A stretch of 59,975 nucleotides of DNA, the filler included, from Sphacelaria rigidula (Eukaryota): assembly GCA_964200075.2 (NCBI GenBank). It is 6 parts of 6 records of this genome, joined end to end, with 100 filler letters (N's around TTAATTAATTAA, not from the genome) between each part and the next. Parts side by side here need not be neighbours in the genome. Positions count along the whole stretch, not along the records: positions 1 to 9,913 come from CAXNAA020007499.1; positions 10,014 to 19,926 come from CAXNAA020007500.1; 4 more parts are not named here. One strand, given 5' to 3'. Position 1 is the first letter of the stretch; each line of letters starts with the position of its first letter. A program made the position numbers and the translations under genes. Shown here piece by piece: positions 1 through 11,463 of the stretch. The notes under the pieces were generated by a model, which did no database searches, was not told where the DNA came from, and saw only the letters and a list, made by a program, of their open reading frames with translations.

Positions 1-73
<73 letters not shown>
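1..73. repeat. (TAA)n microsatellite, probably the (TTA)n 3' tail of the adjacent minus-strand retroelement
   Basis: About 24 perfect TAA units at the contig start. Confidence 0.95.
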
Positions 74-74
<1 letters not shown>

Positions 75-655
75 TGCATTGTCCATACCAGATTTCAGGG
101 TCCGACTCTGAATATTGGCCGGCTGATGGGCTTGCAAAGTGCAGATCCGCCTCTAGGCTGGCCCAGCTCGTAGCTTTTCCACGTCAAAATGATCCCATTT
201 CACACAAAGGTGTGAATTGGCGTAATTCTGACTTGAAAACGCTACAACAAATGGACACCTGCCATCAACATACGATTGTGGGGGATAAAGGTCCCAGAAG
301 GAACATGACACCAGCACCAGATCGCAACGGCACGATGTCACGTAGCTCTCCGCAAGCGCAAAAGACCCAAGCGTTGTGATTTGTGAGTCCAGTTCTTGTG
401 CCGATGCGGAGAGACTCGGGAACAATTACCGGGGAGGAAAGCGTGTGGTCGTTTTGGCGCTCGTGAACGGCAAATGGGAGGGAAAAGAGCTGGATGTGTG
501 GACGCCTTGGTTGGAGTTGGTGCCGCATCAGGTACAGTGTGGGAAGCGACGGCCCACAACAGGTATTTCTGGGTCGACTGGTGGCCAAAAGAACGTACGA
601 TCAAAAAAGGATTCCTAGATCAGGTATATCTGGCCGAACTGTGACCTAGAAAGGG
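74..655 (-). mobile_element. Degenerate 3' end of a probable non-LTR retrotransposon
   Basis: The minus strand runs into the (TTA)n tail. Broken frame ...FWDLYPPQSYVDGRCPF...H resembles an ORF2 C-terminal Cys/His knuckle. A diverged relative (TACGAGCTGG-CCAGCCTA...GGATCT) at about 12045-12330 ends in AATAAAAAA. No RT motif is visible. Confidence 0.4.
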
Positions 656-660
656 GAAGT

Positions 661-2403
661 AACAATGAATCATGGAAGATGGGGTTGATCTCTAAAATGA
701 GGTTCAAGTGGCATATCTTTTTTGCAGGGATGACGCGAAATAGTTACACAGAGCGAAATCACCCTCCCCTCCAAGAGTCTGCAGCAGTGAAGCAGTTGTG
801 GCTAGGTGCACCGAACGAATGCGGTGTACACGCGTGTCGATGACGATATCACCAGAGAGAGAGAAGCAACGACAGAGAGGAAGCTCCTCGCCCGTGACCT
901 TGGTGTGTCCTCGCTCGGCGATTACCAATCGCTCGAGAGGCTGGCATCATGCATGTTACCAGCATATACCCGATTTCTCATGTGCCAGTAGGCATGTTAT
1001 TATATTGCTGCGTACACGCCCCCAAACAACATCGAGGTATGGAGGGATCGCGTCTCTTCATACGTCGGTGGAGCTCACCCATGCAAAGATCGATTTCTCT
1101 CTGCCTCTCTTTTTGGACAGGACGCGCCTCTGTGCGCTGAAAAACATGTCGTTGGAAAACAGGGCAATGTTCCCGTCATCGCTACTTTTCTCTATCACCC
1201 ACATGCCAGCAAGGACGTTGCTGCGGCAATAAGAGATCCAATTTGAACTTGGGGGGTGTTATTCATCGTTGATTTTACCCGACACGTGACCATCTTGGTG
1301 CCCGACCACAAGAGCGTGCCGCAGGCCAGTTGGGTGGGTGGGGGGGGGGGGGGGGGGGGGGGTAGGAGAAAACAAACACTTGGGGGGCCCCCCGGCAAAA
1401 AGGGACTAAAAAAAAAACCCTAGGGGGGGGCACAANNNNNNNNNNGCCGCGAGATACGGGCTAGGGGGGGGGGGTGGGGGGGGGGGGGAGGGGGGAGGGG
1501 GGGGGGGACGCGGGGAGGGGGAGGTGTATGAGAGATCAAACACTTGTGGAGACCCTCGTGACATACGGACTGAAAAAATATACCTACGGTGGTGACCTAA
1601 CCGTTGCTACCGTGGTGTAGAGGGGTGCGTCAATGCTGCAATCTGGAGCACACACTGGCTGCGTCAACACCTCGGTACAGTAGCCTCCAAGAATTAATTC
1701 CGATGCGAGAAGATCATGCATTACAAGCTGGGGCGAGATGTGACCCCACAAAGAACAAGAGTGCTCTATGATCAACCACTTGTCGTTGCATTTGACACCG
1801 ACGCCATCAACCGCCGACCGCAAACGTCTTGTGGCTTTCAAGCAACGCCGGCGGCAGTACGGCAGGCAAACCCGGCCATAGCTAGCTTTCGTTGCTCTAC
1901 TGTACTGACTGCCGTCTGAATACAGGTCACCCACCGTAACAACATACACCGAATTTCGCAACAGCTGTAGAAACAAGACAGTTCGATTTTCTCAACTACG
2001 TCCACATGATTGAAATGACTCTTGTTACCTGCACCACGATGTTGTTTGGGGGTGTGTGCGCAGCAATATAATAACATGCCTACCGGGACATGAGAAATTG
2101 GGTATATGCTGGTAACAGGCATGATGCCAGTGTCTCGAGCGATTGGAAATCGCCGAGCGAGGACACACCAAGGTCACGGGCGAGGAGCTTCCTCTCTGCC
2201 GTTGCTTCTCTCTCTCTGGTGATATCGTCATCGACAAGCGTGTACACCGCATTCGTTCGGTGCACCTAGCCATAACTGCTTCACTGCTACGGGACTCTTG
2301 GGGGGGAGGATGATTTCGCTCTGTGTAACTATTTCGCGTCATCCCTGCAAAGCCACTTGAAACTCATTTTAAAGATCAACCCCATCTTCCATGATCCACT
2401 GTT
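661..2403. mobile_element. Non-autonomous DNA transposon with about 370-bp TIRs, AACA...TGTT ends and 4-bp TSD AAGT
   Basis: 661-1035 is the inverted copy of about 2036-2403 (the ORF track gives near-identical peptides on opposite strands). AAGT at 657-660 and 2404-2407. Confidence 0.8.
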
Positions 2404-2789
2404 AAGTGGTGTCTGGAGGCGATACGTCCTTCTGCGCATGGTCATATCTCGCGAGTAGCATGTTTTTTTCTGGATTTGTTTCGAGGCCCGGGTGCCGAGA
2501 ACCCCCCCGATTGCTGTGCGTGAAAAACTCGGAGTGAAATCGGTGTAAATGGTGTGCTTTTACCGTTTTCGCGTTTCTGGTCACTGGTCGTACATACAGT
2601 AGGCAAAATACGAGAATATATATATTTCCTAGGCCATTGCCCTTCCCCCCCCCCCCTTCCGATTGGTTGAGAGCTGAGGGCGTGCGCGCGCGTGTGCACG
2701 GGACCGTTCACCCTGCCGGCTGGGTATCAGCTCCGTGCGTGCCGATGCGTCTATCTGTACTATACCCTGGCCGCTGAGCATGTTCTCCA

Positions 2790-3095
2790 TGCATATACAG
2801 TAGTGGGCAGTCTTACTATTCATTATAGGCATCTTGTGATTTCTTTGTAATTGACGATCTTCTTGGGCTCTTTTCGCTCGCCACCGCTCATCACATGGGG
2901 GATCAGACGATATTTGTATCCGCTCCATATTCGAAGAAAAAAATCATCTGTACTCAATATTGAGTGACTTACGGGCTGACCGGTCATCGGGGGACCTGCG
3001 ACGTTTCAGTCCAGATTCTTACTCTTCGGTATTTTCGGTCGATCAAGCCTGTCCCGATCATTTTTCTGAAAAAATGTACAGTTGTATTTTTTCGA
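2790..3095 (+). repeat. Dispersed repeat (unclassified TE fragment) with a reverse-orientation copy at about 10065-10365
   Basis: GGGCTCTTTTCGCT...GTATCCGCT...TACTCAAT.TTGAGTGAC.TA.GGGCTGACCGGTCA matches the reverse complement of 10065-10365. Confidence 0.7.
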
Positions 3096-4000
3096 AATTC
3101 TGCCTACTCATTATACTAGAGCCGAAAAACTGTGTTTCACGGTCAATAACACCCTCCTAATGAACGGGGTATTTACTCGTTTCGCCCGATAAGACCAACT
3201 AGCACTGCCTTGGGCACTGTTTTGAGGGTGATCTATTTATTGTACCAAGATCTACCGACGCTGGCAATTTCGAGTTCTGTCGAAGAGTAGTACGCGAGGA
3301 AAACCCCCAAACCCTGCTGAATAGTTAGACCGCCCACTACTGTAGATGCGTCCATGTGAACTACGTGCGTGCTGTTCACCTGCCCACTGAGCATCACACG
3401 TGCTCGTCTATGCTCGGGCGGGTTCGTACAAGTGGCGCTCTCAAATTTAAAAAGGTTATCTCTCGAATTTCTCGTATATAACCGTCGCAGATTAAAAAAA
3501 CGTGGGCTCCCGAATCAATAAAAAAAACGACGCGGGATCGGTCTGTAGCCAAATGATACCAAGCCGTAGGTTTCGTATAATCGCATGCATAATTGGAGCA
3601 GTCGCAGGGGACAGGGGATCATGGATTGATGACCCTCATCTGTGTGGCCCCTTGCTTTTAGCTCTTGATGTGGTCTGTTGAGGATCACTTCATGGTAATA
3701 ACAAGTGAGAAGAAAGGACTTGTCGAGCACGAGGCCAGTGCTACTGGAGAAGTCCTTCGTGGATAGTCCTCTTGTCCAGATCGTCTGGCAGCGGCTGCAG
3801 TATCTAGATATTATTATTCCGACACTCTGTTAGAGGAGTCTTGGCTAAGGAAAAAAGTTGGGCAGCAGCTTAGAGCCACTTCAGCCCACAGACAGGAGGA
3901 GACCAACATGAAGCGCACAGCAGAGGAGGACGCTCCGTGAGCTGGAGGACGCACAAGTCAGGCAAAAGTCTCTCCGTGAAGTGTTTGAAGCATAGACGAC

Positions 4001-6083
4001 ATGGCTCCAGCGGCGGCAGCACCGCTGGTGTTAGGTGAGCCACTACAGCCGCCAAAGTATGGTGAAGTATGTACCGAGGAGGCATCACGGGTTTTTTTCG
4101 CAGCATACCTTGAATATATACAGCGTCTGAGTCTCGCTAATGGACAGGGAATTATTCGGCATGAGAGAGTTAGTATAGGACAACGCATTCCTGTCTACAT
4201 TCACCGCTGCTTCGAAGAAATGTACAAGGACGGTCGGGCTATGACCCCCGATGAATTGCTTGATGCTGTGAAGCAGCATGCCGGGTATACTACAACCGAT
4301 GGAAAGCATGACGCTACGCGGGCTGCAGCAGACCTGCGTAGGTTACTTACAAAAAGGCAAAGCGATGGAAAGTCCGTGAAGGATCGTGCTATGATGGTTA
4401 GTTCAGATATGGAACGTTTTTTTTGCATAGAACCTGATGGTGCAAGCCATGTACCGTGCGGAGGATATGAGTTGGTTGCCTGGCCCGGCCGAGTCGGTTT
4501 CCATAGCTTTGGTCGACGGGATTTCGCCCCCGGAATTCAAGGCGTATGTTAGAAGTGTACTAATGTATGTTGACGGCTGGAAAAAGAACCCGACGGTGGT
4601 GTTCAAAAACATATTTGAGGCAGCCGACCAGTGGAAATTAATTGAAGCACATGACCGGCGCGACTCTGGAACAAGTGCAGGTGGTATGCGCCGCAAACAC
4701 CAACAGCAACAGAAACAGCAGCCGTCTACGGGAGAGTCGTCCACTCGCACGTGTTACAACTGCGGCGATATCGGACATATGATCAAGGACTGCTCCAAGC
4801 CTCGTGCTCAAGGCGCGGCACAGGGCAATGCACGAGATTAATCAGGATCTCGGGGCGGTCGTCACGGTGGACGGGGCCGTGCCAATCAGGGACGCGGGCG
4901 CGGCGGCCGCGGTAGCGAGCAATCGGCGGCGGATGGTGGTACCTCCGCTGCTGTTTCTCCACTACGTCATCAGGTGGTGACTCCGAATCTTATGGTTCGT
5001 CCGTAGCGGGGAGGACAGTGTACGTGGGAAATGCAAATACTTCGGTGGGGATTGACGGAGCGATTAGCTCGAAACCCCTCGGTCAGGCAGGATCCGTGTC
5101 TGGTGCATCCCCTACTGCTGCGACGGCTGTAACAGCGCCGTCTGCATATTCTACGACCTGGTCTGGTTGGACCGACGATTCGCAGCTATCGATGCCAAGT
5201 GCTGGAGGGCAGCCCTGGCGTCAGGTGACTCTCGGGACAGAACAGGGTTCCTCGGCAGGCGTGGTACCTGTCGATCGCCTCAGCTTCAAATTCCGCTCGA
5301 AAACGAACCGCAAACAGCACAGACCGCCACCGGTGCTCCCGTGACGGTTACACACAAAACGGTGCCAATTACTGTTAGCGTGCGTACGCCGTGGGGGGTT
5401 GTGCAGTTGCAGCCCATTACTTTCGCTGTCATGCCCGGTAGGGACAACCTGGTTCTATTTGGGATGGCGACGATGAAGGAGCTTGGGATTGATTCATATC
5501 CGCTGGCGTTGGAAAATTTACGTCCGTGTGCTGTGCCGGTGCAAATCGGCGTGGAAAACCCCAGTTACCTTGCTGCAAGGCGTGTGATCGTATCCATACG
5601 GTATTTCCAGAGCGCCAATGAGGAGGAGGCTCCTGTCAATGAAGCGGTAGAGCGCTTGGTCGATCGGGGGCCTGATATATTCATGGACCCAGCAGAGGAG
5701 AGAGGTTCACGCGAATGTGCGCTTGAGGATAGTGTGCGGCAGACCGAGCAGAAGGGCCTGAGCGCCGATGGCTCACACTGTCTGCGCGATATTTTGGCTC
5801 GTCGCGTAGATACATTTTGTCGTGCGCTACGTGGTGATCCGCCAGCGCGCGTGGAGCCAATGAAGGAGGCTGTGAAGGCCAAGCCTCACCGCTGCGATGC
5901 GGTGAAGACCGTGTGGCTTGCTTCATGCATCGCAGTTTTGGTGGCATTTGGTTTGTTGTTCAGGAACATTCAGGCTCTGTGGGCGAGGCCGGCGATGGCG
6001 GTGCCGAAGAGGGACGCAGTCCGTTTGGTTAGCGACTATCAGGCGGTGAACGCGCAAGTGGAACAGTCTCCGGGGGTGATGCC
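4001..6083 (+). mobile_element. Ty3/Gypsy LTR retrotransposon remnant (gag, protease, RT N-terminus), interrupted by a Copia insertion
   Basis: Frameshifted gag with zinc knuckle CYNCGDIGHMIKDC (about 4751-4792). Retropepsin C-terminal half VLFGMATMKELGID. RT start WARPAMAVPKRDAVRLVSDYQAVNAQVE. Protease followed directly by RT is the Gypsy order. Confidence 0.88.
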
Positions 6084-6493
6084 TGTGCACTTGTGAGGTG
6101 TTTGGTGTGGCCGTGGCGCGCTTCCTCGCAGTGCACCGTTTTATAGCGGAGCAAGGCAATTGTCACGAGAGATCTTGATGGGTTGAGTCGACGATGTACC
6201 CGAGTGGGGCGCTGCGTCGCCGTGCTTTTCGTTATTCATTCAGACGTCACCCGCTGGTGTATAGCTCTATCTGAACCTTCGCTCTCTGAATCTCAGCCCT
6301 AAACCCCAACTATAGAGCTTACAATATAGAGCCGCGGAGCTGTTCTGGCTCGACTGAGCACTGGCTACAGTACTGGTTCCCGGACCGTTCCTGTCGGTAC
6401 TTTGTACTGAACCGCACTGGCTCCTACCAGGCTGTTTGGCTATATGCTCGAGAATCTACGCATGAGATCTATTTCCAATACATAATCTGCACA
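6084..6493 (-). repeat. 3' LTR of the Copia element (about 410 bp)
   Basis: Bounded by the TGTGCA...TGCACA inverted repeat. Purine-rich GGGTGAG precedes it on the minus strand. The first 130 bp match 9784-9913 with one mismatch. Confidence 0.75.
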
Positions 6494-9400
6494 CTCACCC
6501 ATGATGGTATAGCGGTGACACCAGAGAGCTGATACGATCACACCCAACGTGCTAGATAAGAGGCAAACGACTCTTTCCATTGAATGCCATAGAAACAACG
6601 CGGTGGACCTGGACCCTCCAGACTCGTCCCAACTTCCGGCGCCTTTTCCCTTCTGACCCCCTTCGTCGAGAACGGCAACTTGAACGTTTGTTGGCTGTGT
6701 GCGAAATTGTCCTTGCTCGACATGCATCCCGCATCCTTAGGTGGTCCCTCCACTGCCCTTGTCGTTTTCTTCACTGCGGACTGTTCCTTCGCGTCTTGGT
6801 CAAGGCCAGAACCGTCCGCGCTCGGCACGAATATATTTTCGAGCTTGGCTTCTTCGTGATCGCCCAGCGTCTCCGGTGGTTCGGTGATTCGGCCTCGTTC
6901 ACGATCATCTCCGTTCGAGGAGGCTCGATCCTCCAGTCCGACCTGCTGCTCGTTTGTTGTGTGTGATGACTTGGTCTTTGGACTGTCGGAGCGCTCGTCT
7001 GCGCTTGGAGTCGTATGAGTTACGGGCGATGCCGGTGGCTCCTGTGGTCCCAGCTGTTCACCGGCCTCTCGGCTGTGAGGCTCGTTGCCCTTCCGTTGGG
7101 TTTCCTCTTCCATGCCCACTTTCCATCTGTCAGCATCAGGTTATGCCAGGGCTTCTTCCGCTGTCGACGGTTCCTGTGATCCAGTGACGAGTCCACCCCC
7201 GAGCATGCAGAATGCGTCTACGTCCTCTTCTTGTAGAAGGGTGGCGAGGAAATGTCCGTCATCAGAACTGCTGCCGTCAGAACTCCCAAAGCGTTGCTGT
7301 GCGTTGTCCCCTCGATGCCGTTGCGCTAGTCGACTGGACCTGCGCAGTCCACTGTCCGGAGAAGAACGCTTCGATGATGTCGAGTCCTGTGGTGGCTGTC
7401 CACCCGAGCCATCATCGCCGTCAATTAGCGCTGCTTCCACTTCTTCCGATGGCTCGTCCTCGCCATCACTGAGTTCGACCGCCTTCAGCTCCCCCACAAT
7501 GTCTAGGATCTTGGCCTCTGATTCAAACGTGATGTGTGAGGACTTGACGAGCTTTGATTCCTGTATCAGCCATACATACCAGCAGAGAGAGTGCCGATCG
7601 TGCCCCACCAAGATGCCCCGCTTCGCATATGGGTGGAACTTCGCAGCGGCGCCGCGTTGCTGCTTGTGCTGATGCACGAAACACTCCGAGCCCCAAGTAC
7701 GAAGCCGGTCGTAGTTGAAAGGCTTTCCTGTCAGCCTCTCACATGGGGTCTCGCCCCCGAGGTACTCGTGGGGCATCCCTGCGGTCTTGAATGCCGCGTC
7801 CGCCACAGCGAAGAATCAGTAGTCCTCTCCGCGTCCCTCTTTCACCAGTTGGCTGCGTGCTATCCTCATCAGTTGTTGAATTGCACGTTCATCGATCCCA
7901 TTACTCTGCGGTGTCCTTGGCGGTGAGTTGCGCCATTTGATGCCGCGATTGGTGAGCATGCGTTGAAATTTGACTGATCGTCCAAGTTCCCCAGCGCCGT
8001 CTCCGCTGATGCATTTGATGACCACTCCCTCACGGGCCATTTCGTCGATGTAGGCTCCCGTGGCAACAGTGGCCACATCTCGTGTTTTGAGTCCAACAAC
8101 GTGCTTGCCTCGACTGGTCTCGTCCACGAATACCTGAAAGTATTTCATGCCCGTGACATTGGCGTGGAAAGGGCCTTCAAGATCAATGTGCACAACTTCA
8201 CCTGGTGCTCTGGGACTCCTGCCGCCGCGGCCGTAGCTGAGCGCCTCGGACTTGCATTCCTTGCAGACGCTGCAGCGCATCTCGGACGCTACCATGGTAT
8301 CAGTGACATCGATCAGCCCACGCTTCTCGAGGTGTTTTATGGCAGCCGGATCGATGTGTCCTAAGGTGTCATGCCACTCCTTCAATGTGAGGCGCTGCTT
8401 CTTGTTCGCGAACAAAGCGTGCGCCGACGCCGAATGTTTGTCATCCCCCTGCAGCGATGCCGACGGGTTCAGGAACCCTCTACTCTCGGCTAGGGGGATC
8501 TTCGGTCCATCCTTTCTGAACCGAAGGTAACTCTCGTTCCTGCCGGAATCCAGGAATTCTCCTCCGTCACGCCGAATCGTTCCGGTACTCAGCAGAGGGC
8601 AAGGTAGTCCAGGGACCCAAAGTACGTCCTTCAGTGTGACCTTTGCCGGAGCCACCTTTCCCCGAGCACCCACGTGCAACTGCATCTCTTCCATTGCCAG
8701 TGCCTGCAGTTGTCCCCTGCTCCCAAATGTACAGCTTCGATTAACCGTACGTGTATTTCTGAGATCCTGTTTCCAGGGAGTCATGTGGACATTCGCAGAG
8801 AATCGACACCTCTGTGTCACTGTTGGTCGACGTGCACATGGATACTACGCGCTCATCTTCGACTACCACGTTCATCCTCATGAATGCCTGCGGTCTGTCC
8901 CTCCTTCCACTACTTCTGCCGTTTTGTGGAGGGGTGGGAACGTTCGTGCGGGGCTCATCCCCGGGGGTCGTTTAGCTGGAGGTTTGACGTTAAGGTAGGA
9001 AAGACACTCCGGCCACCTATGATTTCGCTTCAAACAGTAGGCGCATTGATTTCTATCGAGCCCCGAATCGGTTTTGTTGCCGTCGGTTCTCGATTGGAAC
9101 GCTACTGCCTCGTCGCGGCGTTCCATGTCAGACGCTAGATATGCTGATGATGCTACGACTGCCCGTTTTAGCTCATCGTACGTCATAACTGGCTGGGTTG
9201 TTAGCTGGATGAATACTTGTGGAAGCGCCTCCTTGATCCCGAGTAAAAGGGCTGCCCTTTTAGTCTCGTCGGCTTTGGCATTTCCCGGCGCTTCGAATTC
9301 CCCCCAGCTGATGTCCATCTTCACCATAAAACCTGCTGATTCTTCAGCAGAATTGCATTGGAGATCCCGCAGTCTTCGTTCCAATGCAAGTAGTTGCACA

Positions 9401-9783
9401 GGCCGCGCGTCCTGCGCACGTCCTCCGTAAATCCGTTCCATCTCCAGTCAGGCTTCCCTGCCGTCAGGGTTGTCGCCGTGCTCGCATCGTGCGACGATGG
9501 CTGCGGCTGACCCTTTCGTAGCCTGTGCCAGGAGGAACCATAAGGACGGTGTATTACGTTGGTGCGTTTCGTACGCCCTACGCTGATCAAGTGTCGTCGT
9601 CGCTGTCGGAACGGCCGGTGTGGTGTAATCCGGCCGCAGCAGGGGGTATAGTCCCTTCCCCCCTGCGCTTCCAACGATCGAAAGTCTCCATGCGTCTCAT
9701 GTTTCTCGCGAGTGCCCACGAGCGCCCGTCCGGACTGGCAACTTGCGTGGGTCTGTCTCCATACTCCTCGAGGTTCACGAACC

Positions 9784-9913
9784 TGCGCACTTGTGAGGTG
9801 TTTGGTGTGGCCGTGGCGCGCTTCCTCGCAGTGCACCGTTTTATAGCGGAGCAAGGCAATTGTCACGAGAGATCTTGATGGGTTGAGTCGACGATGTACC
9901 CGAGTGGGGCGCT
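9784..9913 (-). repeat. 5' LTR of the Copia element, truncated by the contig end
   Basis: Direct repeat of 6084-6213. Confidence 0.9.
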
Positions 9914-10013
9914 NNNNNNNNNNNNNNNNNNNNNNNNNNNNNNNNNNNNNNNNNNNNTTAATTAATTAANNNNNNNNNNNNNNNNNNNNNNNNNNNNNNN
10001 NNNNNNNNNNNNN
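9914..10013. other. Artificial contig linker
   Basis: 100-bp N run with central TTAATTAATTAA (stops in all six frames). Confidence 0.98.
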
Positions 10014-10671
10014 TAAAGCGAATGATCAAAGCCACTCTCAATCGTATCATCTACTCTCAATCTCACGAAAACACTGTTACATGTCTTCACAAATATGGTC
10101 GGGACAGGCTCGATCAACCGAAAACACCGAAGAGTAAGCATCTGGGCTGAAACCTCGCAGACCCCCGGTGACCGGTCAGCCCCTAGGTCACTCAAAATTG
10201 AGTACATGATTTTTTTTCTTGGAATGTGTAGCGGATACACATATCTCAGATCCTCAACGTCATGAGCTTTGTCAAGCGAAAAGAGCCCAAGAAAATCGCC
10301 GAGTACGAAAAAATAACAAAATGCCTTGAATGAATAGTTAGACCGCGCACTACAACTGTAGAAATACGAAAAGATTCCATGCTAAACTCTACGTAATACG
10401 AGCAGAGGCGCTGAAGCTATAACTTTTTCTGGGTTTGGCGTCTCAGTGTTGAATGTGCTTTGAAATTTGGCACGGAGTGTCGCAAGGGCCAAACAAGAAC
10501 AGAACGTTCACGACACGATGTTGTTTATAAAAAATTCAGGTGAATATAAAATAGATTCGATTCTGTGTTTGAAAAGAATCGAGCTTTTGGGCAGAAGCGG
10601 ATAGAATTTGCCCCGCTCTAGATTGCGGTTGAAGTATCTTGAAGCTACTTCGGAACAGATATGCTGTGACC

Positions 10672-11463
10672 GTGTTGTCATCTCATCTATTCTAGACGCC
10701 AGTCTACACCTTTCGGTATGTGTGGGCGCACGAGCCGGGGTCACACAGGAAGGTCAACACAGGAGCTGTCTTCAATTTTATTTCATCTTATTAACAGTAT
10801 TCTCCACCTTCTTCCTTCTGCGGTGCTGAACAAGGGATTTTACAAGTTGGGGATGAGAACCTGGACGATTCAAATCTTCGTACTCACACCAAATCTTCGA
10901 CGTGTGCTTCCATTTCTTCGCTTGCTGGTAGCTATTAACAACTACTACACGCCATACGAATTTGAATTCCAATGACCGAAATGTCGGAGTCCTAGGTGAA
11001 AAACATTTGGGGGGGGGGGGGATTTTTGGTGTCCGATCGGACGCCAAAATTGGTTTTACACCTGCGACCCCGATATTTCGGTTATCGAAATCCAAATTCG
11101 TATGGTGTGTGTAGTAGTTGTCAATGGCTGCCAGCAAGAAGTGAAGAAATTGAGCCATATTTCGAAGATTTGGTGTGGATACGAAGATTTTCACTGTCCG
11201 GGTTCTCACTCATTCCCAATAAATAATCCATCCTCAATTTGTAAAATCCCGTGTTGCTTGCCTTCATTTTTCATCGTGAGAGGGTTTCAGCAGTCCCTTT
11301 CCCTCGTCAACAGTTCAGTCGAATTTTGCTTACCCACGACATGGTCGCCCTCCACTGTTGGGCATTGTGTGAAGAAAAAATCCCAGATATCTCCGAGATT
11401 TGACCCCACGATCAAACCGGCCGAAGGTTACGAAGTTACCAACTGAGCCACCGGGGCGACCGG
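10672..11463 (-). mobile_element. tRNA-derived SINE copy, split by a MITE insertion
   Basis: Minus-strand head CCGGTCGCCCCGGTGGCTCAGTTGG (A box) plus a degenerate B box. Body is colinear with 13642-14003 except for the 10829-11255 insert. Confidence 0.8.
10829..11255. mobile_element. Hairpin MITE (427 bp) with AACA...TGTT ends and 4-bp TSD GCTG/GCTT
   Basis: Most of the element is an imperfect inverted repeat. The empty site GGTGCTTGCC is visible in the SINE copy at about 13794-13803. Confidence 0.85.

Larger units (their letters stand above)
6084..9913 (-). mobile_element. Ty1/Copia LTR retrotransposon with gag-protease-integrase and no RT/RNase H
   Basis: Gag knuckle CAYCLKRNHRWPEC. Frameshifted protease VDS..NVHMT. 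WHDTLGH..CSVC pre-integrase motif. Integrase HIDLEGP / GDGAGE / PQSNGIDER. LRTWGSECFVH...GILVGH motif. EPSTAEEALA*PDADRWKVGMEEE. Flanking direct repeats. Confidence 0.92.

Noticed and set aside
1330-1525. Poly-G runs suggesting G-quadruplexes
   Set aside because: They flank a 10-N gap and interrupt a repeat whose other copy (about 21990-22075) lacks them. Probably a low-quality read artefact.
798-2342. Near-identical ORFs on opposite strands (MARCTERMRCTR...), and likewise at 52032-53699
   Set aside because: By-products of inverted repeat arms, with no protein motifs
3545-3830. Candidate 5' LTR and primer site of the Gypsy element
   Set aside because: No second copy in the window and no TGG-type primer site, so boundaries cannot be supported
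6538-7119. 193-aa ORF as an env-like or independent gene
   Set aside because: It is in frame with the Copia pol just after a stop and has no signal peptide or transmembrane segment. Treated under the RT-less Copia finding.
9958-9969. TTAATTAATTAA palindromes inside N runs
   Set aside because: Synthetic six-frame-stop linker, not biological
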